Assembly: GCF_037902255.1 (NCBI RefSeq)
Contig: NZ_CP147990.1
Coordinates: 2,580,001-2,612,000, forward strand
Source: Candidatus Electrothrix sp. GW3-4
GTDB lineage: Bacteria; Desulfobacterota; Desulfobulbia; Desulfobulbales; Desulfobulbaceae
Reading direction: 5' to 3'
DNA: 32,000 bases
Shown here piece after piece: positions 28,618 through 32,000 of this stretch. The position numbers were made by a program, and so were the translations under genes. A model generated the notes under the pieces. The model was not told the DNA's origin. It saw only the letters and a list, made by a program, of their open reading frames with translations, and did not search any database. Within the stretch, counting starts at the first letter, position 1. Every line of letters starts with the position of its first letter.

Positions 28618-29700
28618 ATGGATTTGATTGACAAAATAAAAGACTTAGCTGCACGGATCCCAAAACAGCTTGAGCATATCCAAACAGAGGAAGCAACCAA
28701 GAACGCTTTCATAATGCCTTTTATTAACGCACTTGGCTATGACATCTTTAATCCAATGGAGGTGATTCCTGAATTTACCGCTGATATTGGGACGAAAAAA
28801 GGTGAGAAGGTTGATTATGCGATAAAAAAGGATGACGACATCATTATATTAATCGAGTGTAAGTGGTGTGGTGCTGACCTTCATCATGATCATGCTTCGC
28901 AGTTATATCGCTATTTTTCAGCAACTGAAGCCCGTTTTGCCATTCTAACGAATGGGGTAGCTTATGAATTCTATTCTGATATCGATGAGCCAAACAAAAT
29001 GGATTCAAAGCCGTTTTTCACCTTCGATATGCTTTCCTTCCAAGATCATCAAGTCTCTGAGTTGAAAAAGTTTACCAAGTCTGCTTTTTCCCTTGAGGAC
29101 ATCCTTACCACTGCAAGTACACTGAAGTATACCAGTGCGATAAAGAAGATTTTAGAAAAAGAACTGGCTGATCCCTCTGAGGCCTTTGTACGATTCTTTG
29201 CATCTCAAATTTTTGATGGTCGTTTAACAAAGACTGTCATTGAACAGTTTACCGATATAGTAAAGGAAGCGAGAAAACAGTTTATTAACGAGAGAATTAA
29301 TGAGCGTATAAAATCGGCATTATCAGCAAATGATGCTCAAGAAGAGGAAGAAAAACAACTCTCTCAGGAAGAGCCATTAGCACAAGAGGAGAGTAACGGC
29401 ATAGTCACTACAGAGGAAGAAATCGAAGGGTATTATGTCGTCAAAGCCATTCTTCGAGAAAGTGTAGATCTATCTCGAGTAATAATGCGGGATACAAAGA
29501 GTTATTGCGGCATATTACTTGATGATAACAACAGAAAGCCAATTTGCCGGCTTCATTTTAATCGTGCTCAAAAATACTTGGGAGTGATGTCAGAGAAACA
29601 GGAAGAGAAAATCCCTATAGAGTTGATTGATGACATTTATAAATATTCTGAGCAAATAAAGGCAACTATCCTTGAGTATGATCAGGATGCCAGCGCGTGA
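28618..29700 (+). CDS. HsdR_N-type (type I restriction enzyme R-subunit N-terminal-like) PD-(D/E)xK nuclease-fold protein. It stands alone, with no helicase, methylase or specificity partner.
   Basis: GGAGGA SD 5 nt upstream. The N-terminal TEEATKNAFIMPFINALGYDIF...EKVDYAIKKDDDIIILIECK matches the HSDR_N pattern (E...LGY...DY...ExK). An acidic low-complexity linker follows (AQEEEEKQLSQEEPLAQEE), then a conserved-looking C-terminal module (GYYVVKAILRE...CGILLDDNNRKPICRLHFN). The gene is markedly AT-rich relative to its neighbours. Confidence 0.7.
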   Translation: MDLIDKIKDLAARIPKQLEHIQTEEATKNAFIMPFINALGYDIFNPMEVIPEFTADIGTKKGEKVDYAIKKDDDIIILIECKWCGADLHHDHASQLYRYFSATEARFAILTNGVAYEFYSDIDEPNKMDSKPFFTFDMLSFQDHQVSELKKFTKSAFSLEDILTTASTLKYTSAIKKILEKELADPSEAFVRFFASQIFDGRLTKTVIEQFTDIVKEARKQFINERINERIKSALSANDAQEEEEKQLSQEEPLAQEESNGIVTTEEEIEGYYVVKAILRESVDLSRVIMRDTKSYCGILLDDNNRKPICRLHFNRAQKYLGVMSEKQEEKIPIELIDDIYKYSEQIKATILEYDQDASA

Positions 29701-29751
29701 GAGGAGCCGGAGGCCCTTCCTTATCCGCCAACCAACACCAGAGCAGCTATT

Positions 29752-29771
29752 GCCCGATCGTACGATCGGGC
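29752..29771. repeat. Perfect 20-bp palindrome GCCCGATCGTACGATCGGGC.
   Basis: Read directly. It lies 52 nt after the nuclease-like gene stop, in a convergent intergenic spacer. No T-run follows on either strand. Confidence 0.95.
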
Positions 29772-29828
29772 CTGCTCCAACTCAAGCGTTATCCGCTCCA
29801 GATCAAGCTTCATCTACCATAACTCACT

Positions 29829-29849
29829 CCTTATCTGCCCCGGATAAGG
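29829..29849. repeat. Hairpin-forming inverted repeat CCTTATC-N7-GATAAGG.
   Basis: Read directly. The left arm is one of three TTATC(C/T)GC copies, which start at 29720, 29788 and 29831. Confidence 0.9.
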
Positions 29850-29936
29850 CCTTGCCTACTCCATCTTAAGCCTGATCAACAAGAGATTTGAGACAAAGAA
29901 CACCTCATTTTACTCGGGCAACAAGGAATCTCGCCC

Positions 29937-30629
29937 TCACTGACATTCAGGTGTACTTTGATACATGGGCATGACCCGTAAGGCTTCCACCCTGCTATTA
30001 GGAATGACCTCGGTAGGTACCTTTTCAGTGACCCCATCTGCCAAAAAGATGTACAGCTGATCTTTATTACGCAACAGCATGCGATAACACCCCCCGGCCC
30101 AGTCTTCCGTCATCAGGGTCTGCTCGCCCTTCAGCCAAACCTTGACCCGTGGATACCGGGAAAAATCATTTTTCTGCTGTTCCCTAAAGTCCTTGAGCCC
30201 CTCCTGCGAACCAAGGTAATAAAAGATGAAGAACAACAACAGGAGGTAGAGGGGCGAGCCCACAAGGGTAACGATCCAAAGCCATAATGGATGTTTGATC
30301 ACCTTGACAGGTTCTCCCTCCTCCTCTCCAAGTGTGTCGGCCTGATCAACAATGGTCTTTTTCTTCCACAGCGAACGAAGAAAAAAGTAGAGCCCAATAG
30401 TCCCAAAACAGGTCAGCAGCGCAGGGATATTCCCTTGAAGTACCCAGAGGCTATAAACAAACAGGGTATCCCTGGTGACTCCAAGCTCGGTCACATTGAG
30501 ATGAAAGCAAGAAAAATAATGATAGGCATAGGACCACCCCGCTGTATAGAGCAGGGCCACCACAATACCGGTGATGGCCCCGGCATCAAGGAGGTCTGCC
30601 AGCGGAAAGGGATTACTCTTGCTTCGCAT
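29937..30629 (-). CDS. Hypothetical integral membrane protein (about 4 TM plus a C-terminal soluble domain of about 90 aa).
   Basis: A strong SD GGGGAGGGA lies 4 nt upstream of the ATG at 30629, inside the 3' end of the upstream gene (17-nt overlap). Hydrophobic helices include ITGIVVALLYTAGWSYAY, ALLTCFGTIGLYFFL and LWLWIVTLVGSPLYLLLLFFIFYYL. No family recognised. Confidence 0.6.
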   Translation of the reverse strand: MRSKSNPFPLADLLDAGAITGIVVALLYTAGWSYAYHYFSCFHLNVTELGVTRDTLFVYSLWVLQGNIPALLTCFGTIGLYFFLRSLWKKKTIVDQADTLGEEEGEPVKVIKHPLWLWIVTLVGSPLYLLLLFFIFYYLGSQEGLKDFREQQKNDFSRYPRVKVWLKGEQTLMTEDWAGGCYRMLLRNKDQLYIFLADGVTEKVPTEVIPNSRVEALRVMPMYQSTPECQ

Positions 30630-31125
30630 CGTTCCCTCCCCGATCAGGCAAGCCAGGCCCCATCATAGGACTCAAGACCTCAGTGGTTTGCAAAAACGAA
30701 ATACAGCGCTTATCGTCCCTTGCCAGCTTCTCCCATCTTGCAGTGGGCTCAAAAAACTGGGGTGGCTCATCTCTAATGGAACAGGTATAGAAAAGAACAG
30801 CATCTTCCTCCTGCGGAGTGATCTCGGTACAGATCCGAATGATGTCGCGGACTTTATGATGAAAACAGACCCGCTCCGCCTTGACCACCACCCACTCGGC
30901 ATTGGGCGTCATCGGCTGGACATTGCCTTTCTCATCCTTGCAGGTGTAACTGGCCGCGCCATCCTGCGCCCCCTTGATCTCCACACAGTCTTCCTTCAGG
31001 ATCTTATCCTGCACATGGAGGAAGGCCACCTTATTGCGCTCTGCCAGGGCAGCCCCTGGCAGCAGCAGCCAGAGGGTTGTCAGACTGATTGCTGCAACCC
31101 ATGTTCTTCCGCGTCTTCTCATCAT
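30613..31125 (-). CDS. Hypothetical secreted Cys-containing protein (about 170 aa).
   Basis: The start is set at MMRRRGRTWVAAISLTTLWLLLPGAALA (signal-peptide-like). The mature part contains six Cys. It begins 17 nt downstream of the eno stop (31143) and overlaps the next gene. No family recognised. Confidence 0.55.
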   Translation of the reverse strand: MMRRRGRTWVAAISLTTLWLLLPGAALAERNKVAFLHVQDKILKEDCVEIKGAQDGAASYTCKDEKGNVQPMTPNAEWVVVKAERVCFHHKVRDIIRICTEITPQEEDAVLFYTCSIRDEPPQFFEPTARWEKLARDDKRCISFLQTTEVLSPMMGPGLPDRGGNDAKQE

Positions 31126-31142
31126 GTCCTTGCCCCCCTCTC

Positions 31143-32000
31143 CTACCAAAAATACAGCGCCGTTGTTCCCAGCTCCTGCTCAATCTCCAACAACCGGTTG
31201 TACTTGGCAATCCGTTCACTGCGGCTGGCCGACCCACTCTTGAGATGTCCTCCATCCATTGCCACGGAGAAGTCTGCCAAAAAGGTATCCTCGGTCTCGC
31301 CTGAGCGATGGGAAAGAAAATAACGCCAGCCTGCCTCCCGACACATGCGGATGGCCTCAATAGTCTCGGTCACGGTGCCGATCTGATTGAGTTTGATCAG
31401 GACCGAGTTGGCAGTCCCCTCCTTGATGCCCCGAGCGATGTACTCGGTATTGGTGACAAAGATATCATCGCCCACCACCTCGATCTTGTCTCCGTATTGG
31501 GCGGTGAATTGCTGAAAGCCCTGCCAATCCTGTTCTGCCAGGGGGTCCTCCCAGGAGATGATGGGGTATTTTGCCAACCAGGAACCGGCCAGCTCAATCA
31601 ACTGGCCCCGATCCATCCTCCCTGCCCCGGAACGCTGCAGGTCATAGGCCCCATTTTCCTCCAAGGCAAAGGACGAGGCCGCGCTGTCCAGGGCCAGGGC
31701 GATATCCTCCCCAGGCCTATAGCCAGCCTGCTCAATGGCCTGGATGATGGTCTCCATGGCCTCTTCATTACTGGCAAAATTAGGGGCAAAACCACCCTCA
31801 TCACCGATCCCTGTGGACAGGCCACGCTCATTAAGGATTCCCTTGAGCACATGGAAGGTCTCGGCCACCGCCCGCAGGCCCTCACGAAAGCTGGGTGCCC
31901 CAATGGGCACGGCCATGAACTCCTGAAAGTCGACACTATTATCCGCATGGGCGCCTCCATTAACGATATTCATACAGGGGGCTGGCAGACGACGTACTCC
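31143..32000 (-). CDS. eno: Enolase (phosphopyruvate hydratase). The C-terminal 285 codons are present; the N-terminus lies beyond the window end.
   Basis: NGGAHADNSVDFQEFMAVP, DEGGFAPN, IKLNQIGTVTET, SHRSGETEDTFLADF and KYNRLLEIEQELG are present. The frame is open to the window edge, and the Met at 31973 is internal. Confidence 0.95.
   Translation of the reverse strand, partial: GVRRLPAPCMNIVNGGAHADNSVDFQEFMAVPIGAPSFREGLRAVAETFHVLKGILNERGLSTGIGDEGGFAPNFASNEEAMETIIQAIEQAGYRPGEDIALALDSAASSFALEENGAYDLQRSGAGRMDRGQLIELAGSWLAKYPIISWEDPLAEQDWQGFQQFTAQYGDKIEVVGDDIFVTNTEYIARGIKEGTANSVLIKLNQIGTVTETIEAIRMCREAGWRYFLSHRSGETEDTFLADFSVAMDGGHLKSGSASRSERIAKYNRLLEIEQELGTTALYFW

Noticed and set aside
29672-29869. 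A 65-aa ORF with repeated LSAPDQA/LSAPDKA motifs.
   Set aside because: It overlaps the 3' end of the nuclease-like gene and has no SD. Its apparent peptide repeat is a by-product of the TTATCYGC DNA repeats and palindromes in the spacer.

Overview
This 32-kb chromosomal window holds about 27 protein-coding genes. I recognised no rRNA, tRNA, CRISPR array, transposase or integrase. The gene content (hcp, rubredoxin, two very large PAS/GAF hybrid histidine kinases, roughly 50% G+C) suggests an anaerobic, Desulfobulbales-like deltaproteobacterium, but this is inference only.

Gene order:
- hcp (minus strand, cut by the window edge, absent from the ORF track), divergent from a Crp/Fnr regulator across an AT-rich 850-bp spacer.
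- A SYLF-domain protein and a 52-aa rubredoxin that the 60-aa ORF cut-off missed.
- The conserved rplU-rpmA-(terminator)-obg-proB block.
- A LivK-type lipoprotein followed by a 934-aa hybrid histidine kinase.
- A tightly coupled minus-strand ybjQ / TM-ybjQ / M48 peptidase module.
- A 1843-aa hybrid histidine kinase (Cache, 6 PAS, 2 GAF).
- A secreted arylsulfotransferase-like propeller, then moaA.
- tsaD-DUF2062-rsmA.
- A minus-strand envelope cluster: vWA protein, 2-TM protein, metallophosphoesterase, Kazal-domain lipoprotein.
- An AT-rich islet with a solitary HsdR_N-type PD-(D/E)xK nuclease-like gene.
- Two uncharacterised envelope genes translationally overlapped downstream of eno (partial).

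Nothing here is an obvious known defence or mobile system. The most promising uncharacterised candidates are:
- the YbjQ-YbjQ-M48 module;
- the low-GC solo nuclease islet with its palindrome-dense flank;
- the vWA/2-TM/phosphoesterase/Kazal cluster;
- the eno-linked secreted/membrane pair;
- the atypical CxC rubredoxin.

All functional calls rest on motif recognition by eye. No database search was run.
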